Shown piece by piece: positions 48,986 to 59,489 of a stretch of 64,000 bases of DNA. The position numbers were made by a program, and so were the translations under genes. The notes under the pieces are model-generated. The model was not told the origin of the DNA, searched no databases, and was given only the letters and a program-made list of their open reading frames with translations. The stretch is from the sequence record SRR20825019_968; one strand, written 5' to 3'. Each line of letters begins with the position of its first letter. Positions within the stretch are counted from its first letter, which is position 1.

Positions 48986-49399
48986 CTATTGACCGTAGTC
49001 TTTTTCAGTTACTAATTTCCCTGTTTCATCGTAGGTCTTCCAAATACCTACTTCCACGTCTTCAAGGTATTCTCCAGTATAGTGGAGCGCGCCATTTGGA
49101 TGTTTTACTACCGTTAAACCATTGCGTTTTCCGTGATTGTAATCAGTCATGGACAACTCGAGTCCAGTTTCGGAATAGTAGTACCAAACTCCGTGGCGTC
49201 GACCTTCGCTATCTTGAGGCCCTTGAAATTTGAGTTGTTTCATCCCTTCATAATATTGGGAATATACTCCGTCCTTAATAACGATTAAGTCTTCCGGTTT
49301 TGATTCTGTCCGATTTTTCTTAGTCGGCAGTTCGTCGTCTGTTGTGCATGCAACGGCAACTAGGGAAATTCCCAAAAGCAAGGCAAATTTCGTTTTCAT
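48986..49399 (-). CDS. MORN-variant repeat lipoprotein
   Basis: Lipobox AVAC; G.W..Y...G repeats. Confidence 0.75.
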   Translation of the reverse strand: MKTKFALLLGISLVAVACTTDDELPTKKNRTESKPEDLIVIKDGVYSQYYEGMKQLKFQGPQDSEGRRHGVWYYYSETGLELSMTDYNHGKRNGLTVVKHPNGALHYTGEYLEDVEVGIWKTYDETGKLVTEKDYGQ

Positions 49400-50370
49400 T
49401 ACTTCGTTCTATTTGTTGTGTAGTCTACTAATCCTAAGATAGCTGTTTTTGCTGGAGACTCTTCAATCCCAACCAATAATTGGATCGCGTTTTCTTTGTA
49501 TTCCAGCATTTTTTTGTGCGCATAGTCGATTCCGCCATGCTCGATCACTAATTGAACCGCACGCTTTACTTTCTTTGGGTTTTCGTTGTGATTTTTAACA
49601 ATATTGATAAGCTCTTTTCTGACTTCTGGCGTCGAATTGTTCAATACATAAATCAGTGGAAGCGTCATTTTTCGTTCACGAATATCCAGTCCAGTAGGTT
49701 TACCAATATTTCCAGGTTCACCGTAATCGAAAATATCATCTTTTAGTTGAAAAGCAATCCCAACCTGCTCGCCAAACTTGCGCATATTTTCCACTTGGTC
49801 TTGACGATCAACGCTAATTGCACCAGATTCACAACAGGTGGAAATCAGCGAGGCCGTTTTTTGTCTAATTACTTCGTAATAAACTTCTTCGGTGATGTCT
49901 AGCTTACGCGCTTTTTCGATTTGAAGCAATTCACCCTCAGACATTTCCCTCACCGCACGTGCTACTGCTTCGAGCATTTTTGGGTGATTGTTTTCAATGG
50001 AAAGAAGGAGAACTTTAGAAAGCATGTAGTCGCCAACTAAAACGGCGATTTTATTCTTCCAAAGTGCATTTACAGAAAAGAAACCTCGACGTTCATTCGC
50101 ATCATCAACGACGTCGTCGTGAACGAGCGTTGCAGTGTGCAATAACTCTACAAGCGTTGCGGCGTCGTACGTTTTATCATTTATCTTCCCAAGCATTTTC
50201 GCTGTGAGAAAAATAAACATTGGACGCATTTGCTTCCCTTTTCGCTTAATAATATAGTGTGTGACTTTGTCGAGAAGGGGCACTTTCGACTTCATGCTTG
50301 CTCGAAAACGCTCTTCGAACTCACTCATTTCCTCCTCAACGGGAGCCATTATTTCCTTAACGGACATCAT
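49399..50370 (-). CDS. ispB: Polyprenyl diphosphate synthase
   Basis: GKQMRP, LVHDDVVD..RRG, FQLKDD and GKPTG. Confidence 0.9.
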   Translation of the reverse strand: MMSVKEIMAPVEEEMSEFEERFRASMKSKVPLLDKVTHYIIKRKGKQMRPMFIFLTAKMLGKINDKTYDAATLVELLHTATLVHDDVVDDANERRGFFSVNALWKNKIAVLVGDYMLSKVLLLSIENNHPKMLEAVARAVREMSEGELLQIEKARKLDITEEVYYEVIRQKTASLISTCCESGAISVDRQDQVENMRKFGEQVGIAFQLKDDIFDYGEPGNIGKPTGLDIRERKMTLPLIYVLNNSTPEVRKELINIVKNHNENPKKVKRAVQLVIEHGGIDYAHKKMLEYKENAIQLLVGIEESPAKTAILGLVDYTTNRTK

Positions 50371-50585
50371 TCAAGCAAATATAAGGTTTAATGCGCACGA
50401 AAGTTCCCCGAACACTAAACAAAAGGTAGGGTTGGGTATGAATTTTTGGCTGAATGAGATTTGCGATGAAGGAAAATAAAATCGTTTGTGGGAAAGATCT
50501 CTACAATAATTATAATATGTTTCCAAAATTCATAAACAAGTAGTAAAATGTTTCTAATTTTTGGATTTAATTAATTTGTACGATC

Positions 50586-51122
50586 ATGACTAGTAAGAAA
50601 AAGAAAAGTGGATTTGATGAATTTGAATATGGCGTAGATTCGAGATATTTATCTGCGGAGGAGCGTGAACTAGACGGAGCATTATTAATGGAGGCGCGCT
50701 TAAAGCGAATGAAGAATTTATCTAAGGATCAAATAATTCAGGCCAAGCTACTGCAGTTAAAACTGAGAATGGAAGAGTATGTGAAAGAACCAATATACGA
50801 CGACCGAAATTATTTTTCTGAGTTTTTACAATCATACGTAGATATCATTTATAGCAAGAGAAGTAGCTTCGCAAGAGATATTGATATAACTCCCGTTCGA
50901 TTAAGTCAAGTGATTAATAATCATAGAGACCCAAAAGATGAGTTGATTATGAGGCTAATGATTCATTCCGAAAAAGTGTATAAGAACATTTGTGATTTTC
51001 AAAAGAAAACGTGGTATCAGGTGTATTTTCATGAGAAAATTTGTGATACAATGTCAAATCAAGATAAATGGAGGCCTGAAATAGAGAGACACGTTAAATT
51101 CAGCGAGTCTTTTAAAAAATAG
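50586..51122 (+). CDS. HTH protein, HigA/VapI antitoxin-like (no adjacent toxin)
   Basis: HTH-like FARDIDITPVRLSQVINNHRDP; AT-rich; opposite strand to its neighbours. Confidence 0.6.
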   Translation: MTSKKKKSGFDEFEYGVDSRYLSAEERELDGALLMEARLKRMKNLSKDQIIQAKLLQLKLRMEEYVKEPIYDDRNYFSEFLQSYVDIIYSKRSSFARDIDITPVRLSQVINNHRDPKDELIMRLMIHSEKVYKNICDFQKKTWYQVYFHEKICDTMSNQDKWRPEIERHVKFSESFKK

Positions 51123-51161
51123 GCGATTGAAAAAGACTTCTCAAAGTGTAGAAACGAGGTT

Positions 51162-52238
51162 TTAAGCCTTCAATGCGCGCTCACTAACGGGAATAGCGGC
51201 ATTTTTGTTCGCCAATTGTCCGCATGCTGCATCGATATCTTTTCCTCTACTACGTCGTACGTTTACAATTAAGCTTTTGGACTCCAAATAGGCCGCGAAT
51301 GCATCTACTTTTGCACTATCTGCCTGCTGAAATTCTCCATCATCAATTGGATTGTATTCGATGATGTTGATTTTACATGGAACGCATCTCGCAAACTGAA
51401 CTAGTTCAATGGCGTCATCAATTGAATCATTGAAATCTTTGAAAATAATGTACTCAAAGGTCACCCGAGTTCCTGTTCTTTCATGGAAATAAACAAGCGC
51501 TTCGGAAAGTGCAGCTAAGTTGTTTGATTCATTGATCTCCATGATCTTCGTTCTCTTCTCATCATTGGCAGCGTGCAACGAAAGCGCAAGGTTGAACTTT
51601 ACTTCATCGTCGCCCAATTTTTTGATCATTTTGGCAATTCCCGCAGTGGAAATAGTAATTCGCTTTGGGGACATTCCAAGTCCTTCCGGAGAACAGATTA
51701 ATTCGGTTGATCTGAGTACTTGCTTGTAATTGAGAAGCGGTTCGCCCATTCCCATATACACGATGTTGGTTAACGGAGTATTGTAACGCGATTCCGCCTG
51801 ATTCCGTAAGTAAACGACTTGATCTACAATTTCTCCTGCGGTCAAATTTCGCATTAGCTTCAGTTTTCCCGTAGCACAAAATTTACACGCTAAACTGCAC
51901 CCAACTTGCGAAGAAATACATGCCGTTGTACGAGAAGTGGTTGGAATTAAAACTCCTTCAACTACTTTTCCTTCCTCAATACTGAAAGCACATTTTATGG
52001 TACGATCGACACTGATTTGTTGATCTGTAACTTGAATATGATCGATGAAAAAATGTTCGTCGAGCTTCTCCCGAAGTGGAAGTGAGAGATTGGTCATTTC
52101 TGAAAAGTTCGCAGCGTCCTTTTGCCAAAGCCATTCGTAAATTTGCTTTGCACGAAAAGACTTTTCACCCATTTCACTGAGTGCGCTTTTTATTTCTTCA
52201 TGAGAAAGTTCTCTGATATTTATTCGCTTTTCCGACAT
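51162..52238 (-). CDS. rlmN: 23S rRNA m2A2503 methyltransferase (radical SAM)
   Basis: CISSQVGCSLACKFCAT, MGMGEP, SLHA and DIDAACGQL. Confidence 0.97.
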   Translation of the reverse strand: MSEKRINIRELSHEEIKSALSEMGEKSFRAKQIYEWLWQKDAANFSEMTNLSLPLREKLDEHFFIDHIQVTDQQISVDRTIKCAFSIEEGKVVEGVLIPTTSRTTACISSQVGCSLACKFCATGKLKLMRNLTAGEIVDQVVYLRNQAESRYNTPLTNIVYMGMGEPLLNYKQVLRSTELICSPEGLGMSPKRITISTAGIAKMIKKLGDDEVKFNLALSLHAANDEKRTKIMEINESNNLAALSEALVYFHERTGTRVTFEYIIFKDFNDSIDDAIELVQFARCVPCKINIIEYNPIDDGEFQQADSAKVDAFAAYLESKSLIVNVRRSRGKDIDAACGQLANKNAAIPVSERALKA

Positions 52239-52285
52239 TCTGGTGCAAAGATACGTGAAATAGGATGGTTTATCCCAGTCCTAGA

Positions 52286-53020
52286 CTAGATCAATTCGAA
52301 ATCTGTTTTTTTAACGAGGTACAATTTTCCATCATACGCTTTTACACGAACCAATTTTTCAGTTACGTTTTCAGTTATTTCTAACCGCATTCCTTCACTG
52401 AGTTTTATTGGAGTTTCTTCCTGACTCTCTAGGTAAGTGGGAATTGATTCTCGGGTGATAATTCCAACATTGGTTGCAGAAGAATATCTTGAAGAACCCG
52501 ACGCAATTGAAATGGAAATGACGAGTAATGCGATTCCCGAACCGCTTAAAACAAACATTAATTTTTTGAAAGAAGCTTGTGTTGATCGTGCATACAGAAC
52601 GATGAAAAAACCAACGACACAGCTCAAAATAATGGAAATAATGGACCAAGTTTGACTTCTAAAACTGTATAGGGCAGAAGTGAAACGGTTCAATTGAGGT
52701 TCCCAAGCAACAGGCTTTTTCAGTTGGGTGTAAGAAATTTCGATCTTTTCTCTGGCATCAGCGTCGTTCGGAGAGTATTTGAGTACTTTTTCGAAAGCCC
52801 AAATTGCTTTTCCAGAGCGTTTTAGTTCATGGTAAGCCAGCCCTAAATTGTAATACGCAGAAATGTCGGTAGAATCTTTTCTTAGATGTGTTTCGAATTT
52901 TTGTGCGGCCAAAGCATACTTTTCTTTGTGGTAGGCTTTTATTCCTTCATCAAAATCTGACGCCGCATAAGCGCACCATGGAAGCAGTCCCAAAACAAGT
53001 TGCATGAGGTACCGATTCAT
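52286..53020 (-). CDS. batE: BatE (TPR plus SH3-like)
   Basis: TPR YYNLGLAY, two TM segments, last gene of the Bat operon. Confidence 0.8.
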   Translation of the reverse strand: MNRYLMQLVLGLLPWCAYAASDFDEGIKAYHKEKYALAAQKFETHLRKDSTDISAYYNLGLAYHELKRSGKAIWAFEKVLKYSPNDADAREKIEISYTQLKKPVAWEPQLNRFTSALYSFRSQTWSIISIILSCVVGFFIVLYARSTQASFKKLMFVLSGSGIALLVISISIASGSSRYSSATNVGIITRESIPTYLESQEETPIKLSEGMRLEITENVTEKLVRVKAYDGKLYLVKKTDFELI

Positions 53021-54735
53021 AATTTCAGACGATTAAAAACGGAGTTTAATAAATCAAATGTTTGCTGCTTAGATTCGTTGGTAGCCGTTAATCCGAATCT
53101 AGAACTTTCGCACGCTGAGAAAATGTGTCTAACGTCCTCTAATAATTGTGTGTCATTATTGGCGCTGAGGAAATCATAGATTTCGTTCTTATTTAAAATA
53201 CGCTCTTCTTGAAGATTCATTCGTCCTTCAAATGCTTTCTTAAGGGCAATTTCTACACTTGAGAAGAAGGCATCATTCGATGAGTCTGAACTATTCAAGA
53301 GTGATTTAGAAAGCGCCAATTCTTGTTGCGATTCTAGCACTTTTCGTTTCACTTTTTGTTTCGCCTCGATTTCTTCTGAATCTTGTTCCTTTTTTCGCTT
53401 TAATAGAAGGAAGAATAATCCTCCGAACATTGGAAGTCCGACACCTGACCAAAAACCGAGCGTTCCATAAATTGTGGAGATCGAGGACGGTTTTTGCTGC
53501 ATTCTCAATGATACTTGTCGTTCGTTAAGCTCTTCCGTATTTTGGGTAGACTCTGCATTTTCTGCAACGATGTAATTGGCATCTTTTTCGATGATCATGA
53601 GTTGATTGCTCGTTTTGACTTGAACATACTTTTCTTCGGAAAGGTCGAAGTAAGAGAACGTAGTTCCCGGCAAAGTAATGTCACCGTGGCGTGTAACTTG
53701 AACGTTATATTCGTATACAATGCTTCCTTGTGCTCCGCGCGAAGAATATGAGATGTTTTCTGTAATTTGAGGGTCGCCGTAAACAATGAACCCTTTTGGG
53801 AGATTCAAAATTGGCTTCACCGTATTCTGAATATTGCCCGAACCATTTACAGTGATCGAAAGTTTGAAAACGTCACCTTGTTTTAGTCTGTTTGTATCAA
53901 CGTCCCGCGAAATAGAAAAATCTCCCACTGCTCCAATAAAGTCTGCTGGTGCGTTACTAGGAAGAGGTTTGATGTTTACTATTGCGGCAGAAGAAGTAAT
54001 CGGGAAGCCTTGAAATCCCTGTAAGAGATTCATGCGGAAAGGGTCTATTTGAAAACTTCCAGTTCCACTCGGGAAAATGAGTTGTTTGTCGTAGTCGAAG
54101 CTAAAATATTGGTTTCCTTTAAATCGCTCTCGGACAACGGCAATGCTCTTGTTACCTTGCAATGAATGCGTTTCTAACGCTCCTTTTATGGAAAATGATC
54201 GATAATCGCTGATGTTTGTTGGTTCGTATTTAGCGTACACTTTCGCTTCAGCTAAAATGGGTTCACCTTCGTAGATGGTTGTTTTACTTACCTGAATAAT
54301 TCCTAAGGCAGGATCTTTGAGTTGTTGAGCACTTACTGTTCCCACGCTCATTGGAATTTGTTGTCCAATGTTAACGGTAACCTTTCCTGAACTATAGGTC
54401 TTACTTCCGCTCTTAATGAATGCTGGTCCGATAGTGTATTTTCCAGGCTTGGAGATTGCGCCCGTTTGAGACATGTAATAATACGTGGTTACGACGCCAG
54501 TATTATGGTCCATTGCCTGTTCCATACCATTTTGGACAGCATATCCATGTACAAATGAACTTGGAAGATTGTCAATCTCAACTTCTCCACGAACGCTCGT
54601 TTTTATGGTAATGGTGATCGTTTCACCTACTTCGGCATCCGTTGGAGAAATAGTCAACGTCACCTTGGGATTCTGCCCGAAAGTTATAGGAGAAAGAGAG
54701 AGAATGAACAGTATTAAGGCACTATTTCGCATCAT
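53017..54735 (-). CDS. batD: BatD family protein
   Basis: Ig-like repeats, KPLP..F.GAVG.F and C-terminal TM. Confidence 0.88.
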   Translation of the reverse strand: MMRNSALILFILSLSPITFGQNPKVTLTISPTDAEVGETITITIKTSVRGEVEIDNLPSSFVHGYAVQNGMEQAMDHNTGVVTTYYYMSQTGAISKPGKYTIGPAFIKSGSKTYSSGKVTVNIGQQIPMSVGTVSAQQLKDPALGIIQVSKTTIYEGEPILAEAKVYAKYEPTNISDYRSFSIKGALETHSLQGNKSIAVVRERFKGNQYFSFDYDKQLIFPSGTGSFQIDPFRMNLLQGFQGFPITSSAAIVNIKPLPSNAPADFIGAVGDFSISRDVDTNRLKQGDVFKLSITVNGSGNIQNTVKPILNLPKGFIVYGDPQITENISYSSRGAQGSIVYEYNVQVTRHGDITLPGTTFSYFDLSEEKYVQVKTSNQLMIIEKDANYIVAENAESTQNTEELNERQVSLRMQQKPSSISTIYGTLGFWSGVGLPMFGGLFFLLLKRKKEQDSEEIEAKQKVKRKVLESQQELALSKSLLNSSDSSNDAFFSSVEIALKKAFEGRMNLQEERILNKNEIYDFLSANNDTQLLEDVRHIFSACESSRFGLTATNESKQQTFDLLNSVFNRLKL

Positions 54736-55472
54736 TACCAATCCTTTCCTGATTTAGAAGATTTACCAGATCCATTTCCACCGCCCATGCGTCGTTTCGT
54801 TTCTGCTTCTTTCACTGCGAGTTTATCTAGTTCACGCTCTACCATTTTGTTTGGAAGTTGTCCTGAACCTTTCTGAGGTTGTCCGTCACCATCCTTGTTT
54901 TGTTGGTTTTGCCCTTGCTGACTTTGCTGCTGCTGGTTACCTTGATTGTTCTGGTTCTGGTTCTGGTTTTGATTCTGGTTTTGCTGATTCTGTTGATCCT
55001 GATTTTGTTCGTTCTGAGGTGGTGGTGGATTTTTCTTTTGTTGATCCTTCAATTTTCGGATTGCTTCAGACAGATTATAACGCGTTTTTTCGTCGTTAGG
55101 CATTTGGCGAAGCGCGTCTTTATATGCATCAATTGCGCCTTGGTAATTTTCTTGCTTCATGCGCGTATTCCCAAGGTTGTGCATTCGACTTGATTTTTTT
55201 TCTGGTGTTTTGGCAGAACTTGCGCTTTGTTGATATAGTTTTTCAGCACGTTCAAATTCTCTCGCTTTGTAGGCCGTTTGACCCATTTCGTCCGAAAGAT
55301 CTATGTTGTCTGGAATCGTTTTTTGCGCAGATTCATAATGTCTCAATGCCTTCGAGTAATCACCTTGCTTATAGGCATCACGAGCAGATGACACATCATC
55401 GCGCCACGTTTTCGTTTGTCCAAAACTAATTGAACAAGCCATTACAAATACTATGAAAACAAACTGTTTCAT
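54735..55472 (-). CDS. batC: BatC (TPR with Q/N-rich linker)
   Basis: HNLGN..Y..AI.AYK.ALR..P.DE.TRYNL; QN-rich linker; C-terminal KDW. Confidence 0.88.
   Translation of the reverse strand: MKQFVFIVFVMACSISFGQTKTWRDDVSSARDAYKQGDYSKALRHYESAQKTIPDNIDLSDEMGQTAYKAREFERAEKLYQQSASSAKTPEKKSSRMHNLGNTRMKQENYQGAIDAYKDALRQMPNDEKTRYNLSEAIRKLKDQQKKNPPPPQNEQNQDQQNQQNQNQNQNQNQNNQGNQQQQSQQGQNQQNKDGDGQPQKGSGQLPNKMVERELDKLAVKEAETKRRMGGGNGSGKSSKSGKDW
54895..55015 (-). repeat. Low-complexity CAG/AAC (QN) repeat inside batC
   Basis: Imperfect TTCTGG hexamer array on +. Confidence 0.7.
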
Positions 55473-56629
55473 TTTACTGTAGTTCTTTTTAGAAAGCCAT
55501 TATATTGTCTTGACCATAATAAGTATGCCAGCCAAAACACAATCGAGATCAACAAAGGCACTTGGTAGCGCTCTTGTTTGATATCGAATTCGAAATTATC
55601 AATTTTTGTTCGCTTCATCTGACTTATTTGTGTTAATAAAGCTGAAAGATTTGGAAATTCATCGTCGCTAATTGTCGCAGTTCCACCACCTTTTTGAGCT
55701 ATACGCTTAATAAACGATCGATCGAGCCTTGATAAAACGGTTTTGCCAGTTGCATCAGTTTTGTATCCCAATTCGGGTCTTTTAGGATTTTTCGGAACCA
55801 ATCCACCCTTTTCGGTGCCAATTCCAAGAACGCATAATTGAATGTCTTCTTTACTGATTTTGGCGAGAGCATCGTTCGGATTTTCTTCATGATTCTCGCC
55901 GTCTGTGATTAAAATAATAGCCTTCGTTGTCTTATCCTTTGAAAACATACTTTCCGAAACTTCTACGGCAGCACGAATGTTTGTTCCCTGACTGCTTATC
56001 ATATTGCTTTCAATGTCTTGAATGAAAAGTTTCGCAGCTCCATAATCTCCTGTAATGGGCAACTGGATAAATGCACTGTTGGCGAATAAACAAATTCCGA
56101 TTTTTTCTCCTCCGAGACTATTGATTAACTGAACCAAGGCTCTTTTAGAAATGTCCAACCGAGAAATTTCATCCGAAATATCGCGTGTATTCATTGAGTT
56201 TGAGATATCAAGCGCAATGACCAATTCCAAAGATTGAGCGGTTCCAGAAACTTTTTTGCTGCCAAATACGGGCTGTGCCATCGCAATTACTAACAATACA
56301 AAAGCATTTCTAAACAGAAGATACTTAACGAATGCACTCAACGAAGATACAGGTCGCAAGAACGATTGTGCAGTCTTGGATTTTGCGCTTCCGGCAATTT
56401 TATTGTTTTGAAATATATTGTACAGGAAGATTCCTACAATTGGAATGAGCAATCCTAGCGAATAAATCACTTCAGGATGCTTATAGAGAAGTTTGTCTCC
56501 GTAATCACTTCGACTGAAAAGTCCGAGTGCCGCCAAGAGGACATAATAAAGTACCCAGAAAATGACCTCCCAAATGATAATTCCAGAGACAATCCAACGA
56601 ATTTTATAAGAATGAGAAGGATTATTCAT
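55469..56629 (-). CDS. batB: BatB (VWA domain)
   Basis: MIDAS DISNSM, LPITGD and ITDGENHE. Confidence 0.88.
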   Translation of the reverse strand: MNNPSHSYKIRWIVSGIIIWEVIFWVLYYVLLAALGLFSRSDYGDKLLYKHPEVIYSLGLLIPIVGIFLYNIFQNNKIAGSAKSKTAQSFLRPVSSLSAFVKYLLFRNAFVLLVIAMAQPVFGSKKVSGTAQSLELVIALDISNSMNTRDISDEISRLDISKRALVQLINSLGGEKIGICLFANSAFIQLPITGDYGAAKLFIQDIESNMISSQGTNIRAAVEVSESMFSKDKTTKAIILITDGENHEENPNDALAKISKEDIQLCVLGIGTEKGGLVPKNPKRPELGYKTDATGKTVLSRLDRSFIKRIAQKGGGTATISDDEFPNLSALLTQISQMKRTKIDNFEFDIKQERYQVPLLISIVFWLAYLLWSRQYNGFLKRTTVK

Positions 56630-57653
56630 GATGCTTAAAAAGTAGATAGTTAGATGACCATGACAGGAGCACAAGAATAAACGCCCAATTCAAAAAAGCC
56701 TGTGGATAGGAAGGAGGATCGGATTTAAAGTGCTGATCTTCCATTTTTCGTTTCTCGAGTTTGTCTATTTGTTTATAGATTTCCTTCATGCTTTTTTCAT
56801 CGGTGGCTCGGAAATATTCACCTCCTGTAGTCACAGCGATATCCATTAATGTTTTTTCATCAATTTCAACAGGTTGATTTTCATAATGAACCCCAAAAGG
56901 AGTGATAACGGGTGTGGGTGCAGTTCCCATACTTCCAACTCCAATGGTGTAAACCCGAATGTTTTTTGCTTTGGCTAAATCTGCGGCCATTTGTGGTGTG
57001 ATTTCTGCGCCTCCGTCAATTCCGTCTGTGAGCAAAATAATCACTTTCGACGCGATGCTGTCATTTCGAAGTCGTGTAACGGCAGTTCCGAGACCGATCC
57101 CAATGGCAGTTCCTCCCTCAATGTTGTCTCCGTTTATCGCGCTGATTTGTTCTTTGAGTACTTTGTAATCCAATGTTGGTGGACAAGCGGTATACGCCTC
57201 GCCAGCATAAGCTACTAATCCAATTCGATCCCCCTTTCTTCCATCAATAAACTCTTTCGCTACTTCCTTTGCCGCTTCTAAACGATTTGGTTTGAAATCT
57301 TGTGCGAGCATGGAACCCGAAACGTCCATTGCAATTACAATGTCTATTCCGTCTTTAAAATCGTTGTCATTATTCTCGTAATGCGCCCAATGGAAAGGTT
57401 TAGCCATCGCGAAAATGAGCAAAGCGGCGATCAATCCGTAAACGAGAATATTAATTTCGCGGACTCTAAGAATCCATTTGGTTCCCATGCTGCGCTGATC
57501 GGAAGATGAACGAGAATATTTCCATTCACCTTTTTTGGTGCGCTCTAGTCTAAACATGACAGCCAGCACAAATGGGATAATGCAGAGTAACCAGAGCCAG
57601 CCTGACTCGAAGAAGTCGTATTCCCAAAAACGTATGTTCCAATCAGTCAGCAT
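56622..57653 (-). CDS. batA: BatA (VWA domain)
   Basis: DVSGSMLAQDFKPNRLEAAK, GTAIG and LLTDG. Confidence 0.92.
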   Translation of the reverse strand: MLTDWNIRFWEYDFFESGWLWLLCIIPFVLAVMFRLERTKKGEWKYSRSSSDQRSMGTKWILRVREINILVYGLIAALLIFAMAKPFHWAHYENNDNDFKDGIDIVIAMDVSGSMLAQDFKPNRLEAAKEVAKEFIDGRKGDRIGLVAYAGEAYTACPPTLDYKVLKEQISAINGDNIEGGTAIGIGLGTAVTRLRNDSIASKVIILLTDGIDGGAEITPQMAADLAKAKNIRVYTIGVGSMGTAPTPVITPFGVHYENQPVEIDEKTLMDIAVTTGGEYFRATDEKSMKEIYKQIDKLEKRKMEDQHFKSDPPSYPQAFLNWAFILVLLSWSSNYLLFKHHE

Positions 57654-58623
57654 TGTCAAAGTCTAATGGGCTGGTTTCGGCAACTATTTGCTTTACGAGT
57701 GTTGATTGCCTTAAAATAGCAATCACATCTGGTTCGGATTGAGCGAATTTCACCATGTCCGATTGGGATAAAATCCGTGCGATACTATCAACTGTTTCGT
57801 CGTTCAATCCTTTTCGGGTTAAGAAAAATTTGGTTTCAAAAGTCGTTTTTTCAAGGAGGTTAACATCATATCTTGCGGATAAATAGGAACGCAAAATGTA
57901 CGATAATTCAACGAAATGTTCTTTGAGTTTTCCTTGTTCCCACAATTTTGCATTTTCCAAGACATCTATGGCGATGAGTGTTCGCTGTTTTAAAGAAGAG
58001 GTGTTTTCAACTTCGTGTTCTTCTTCATCACGGTTTTTACGAATAAAATAAACGATTCCAGAGATAATGCCGATTAAAACGAGCGTTAACCACCACCAAT
58101 GTTTGGAGATGTAAGCGGAAAGGGAAAATGGCTCATCGGGAATTTCAACAAAGCTTTCTTCTATGCCGAATAAATCATCGCTAGATGCGTTGAGTTTTAC
58201 GCTATCCCCAGGATCAACAAGCGAGCACTCGATTTTTACATCATCGAAGCGAAAAGTGGAATCGTCAATAATCACGGTTGGACCAGGAATCACGTAGACG
58301 CCGTTTTCCCACGATGTGATGGTGTATTTACCTTGCCAAGTTTTGGTTTTATTTTTTTTAGTCGTTTTTTCTGTGAACGATTCAATGATTTCGAAATTTG
58401 TTCCTTTTGAGGTTAAACCACTTCCTTCTGTCGTTTCACGAGCACTTATTTCACCTTGCTCATTTCGAAAGAGGATGGAATCCTTCGTGTTGGTTTGAAT
58501 CGTATATGTGAGAACAACATGCTCTCCAATTAAAATACTCGTTGGTGAAACTTTTGACGTCAACTTTTGACCAAAGCTCGAAAAGCAAAATAAGATGAAT
58601 AGATATGTTAGTCCGATTCTCAC
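57643..58623 (-). CDS. Bat-operon hypothetical membrane-anchored protein
   Basis: Signal peptide, Ig-like domain, TM and SDMVKFA motif; GTG start. Confidence 0.8.
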   Translation of the reverse strand: MRIGLTYLFILFCFSSFGQKLTSKVSPTSILIGEHVVLTYTIQTNTKDSILFRNEQGEISARETTEGSGLTSKGTNFEIIESFTEKTTKKNKTKTWQGKYTITSWENGVYVIPGPTVIIDDSTFRFDDVKIECSLVDPGDSVKLNASSDDLFGIEESFVEIPDEPFSLSAYISKHWWWLTLVLIGIISGIVYFIRKNRDEEEHEVENTSSLKQRTLIAIDVLENAKLWEQGKLKEHFVELSYILRSYLSARYDVNLLEKTTFETKFFLTRKGLNDETVDSIARILSQSDMVKFAQSEPDVIAILRQSTLVKQIVAETSPLDFDNAD

Positions 58624-59489
58624 TTTCGATTTTGAAATAAATGAACGAGTGGTTTTATATAATCTTCTTCTGTAGCGATGGATGAATAATCGATTCCTGC
58701 TTTCTTGAAATCGTTAAATAATTCTTCCTCAAGTCTATTAAAATTATCGCTATGGATCTTTTGTGCTTGTGGACTATTAGAGTTTACCCATGTTGTTTCA
58801 CCCGTTTCGGCATTGAAGAGTTGAATGATTCCCATTTTAGGAAGTTCTTTTTCCGCTTGGTCGTACAGCCGAATAGCAACCATGTCGTGCTTTTTTCGAG
58901 ATACTTTTAACCCTTCAAGGAAGTCATTGTCGTCAATAAAGTCACTGATTACAAATCCGATGCTTCTTTTTTTCTGCGTATCTCTGAAGAACTTAAGTCC
59001 CTCGCTGAGGTTTGTTCCCGTCCCTTTTGGATTTAATTCAATTAGCTCTCGAAGTATGATTAACGCATGCTTTTTCCCTTTTTTTGGAGCGATATAGCGT
59101 TCAACCCGGTCGGAAACGAAAATGGCTCCCACTTTATCGTTGTTGCTCATCGCCGAAAAAGATAGAATCGCGGCAATTTCAAGTGCCAAATCTTTCTTGG
59201 TTTTTTCTTCTGTTCCAAAATCTTCCGATCCAGAAACATCAATGATCAACATCACCGTTAATTCCCTTTCTTCGTCGAATACTTTTATGTACGGCTCATT
59301 AAAACGCGCGGTAACATTCCAGTCTATTGTTCGAACTTCATCTCCAAACGTATAATTGCGAACCTCACTGAACGTCATACCGCGACCTTTAAACGCAGAA
59401 TGATACTCACCTGAAAAGATGTGCTTCGTGAGTCCCTTGGTTTTAATCTCCAGGCGACGAATTTTTTTGAGAAGTTCTTTCGTGTCCAT
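58620..59489 (-). CDS. DUF58 (VWA-like) protein
   Basis: GEYHSAFKGRG.TFSEVR.Y..GD.VR.IDWNV and EERE. Confidence 0.93.
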   Translation of the reverse strand: MDTKELLKKIRRLEIKTKGLTKHIFSGEYHSAFKGRGMTFSEVRNYTFGDEVRTIDWNVTARFNEPYIKVFDEERELTVMLIIDVSGSEDFGTEEKTKKDLALEIAAILSFSAMSNNDKVGAIFVSDRVERYIAPKKGKKHALIILRELIELNPKGTGTNLSEGLKFFRDTQKKRSIGFVISDFIDDNDFLEGLKVSRKKHDMVAIRLYDQAEKELPKMGIIQLFNAETGETTWVNSNSPQAQKIHSDNFNRLEEELFNDFKKAGIDYSSIATEEDYIKPLVHLFQNRK

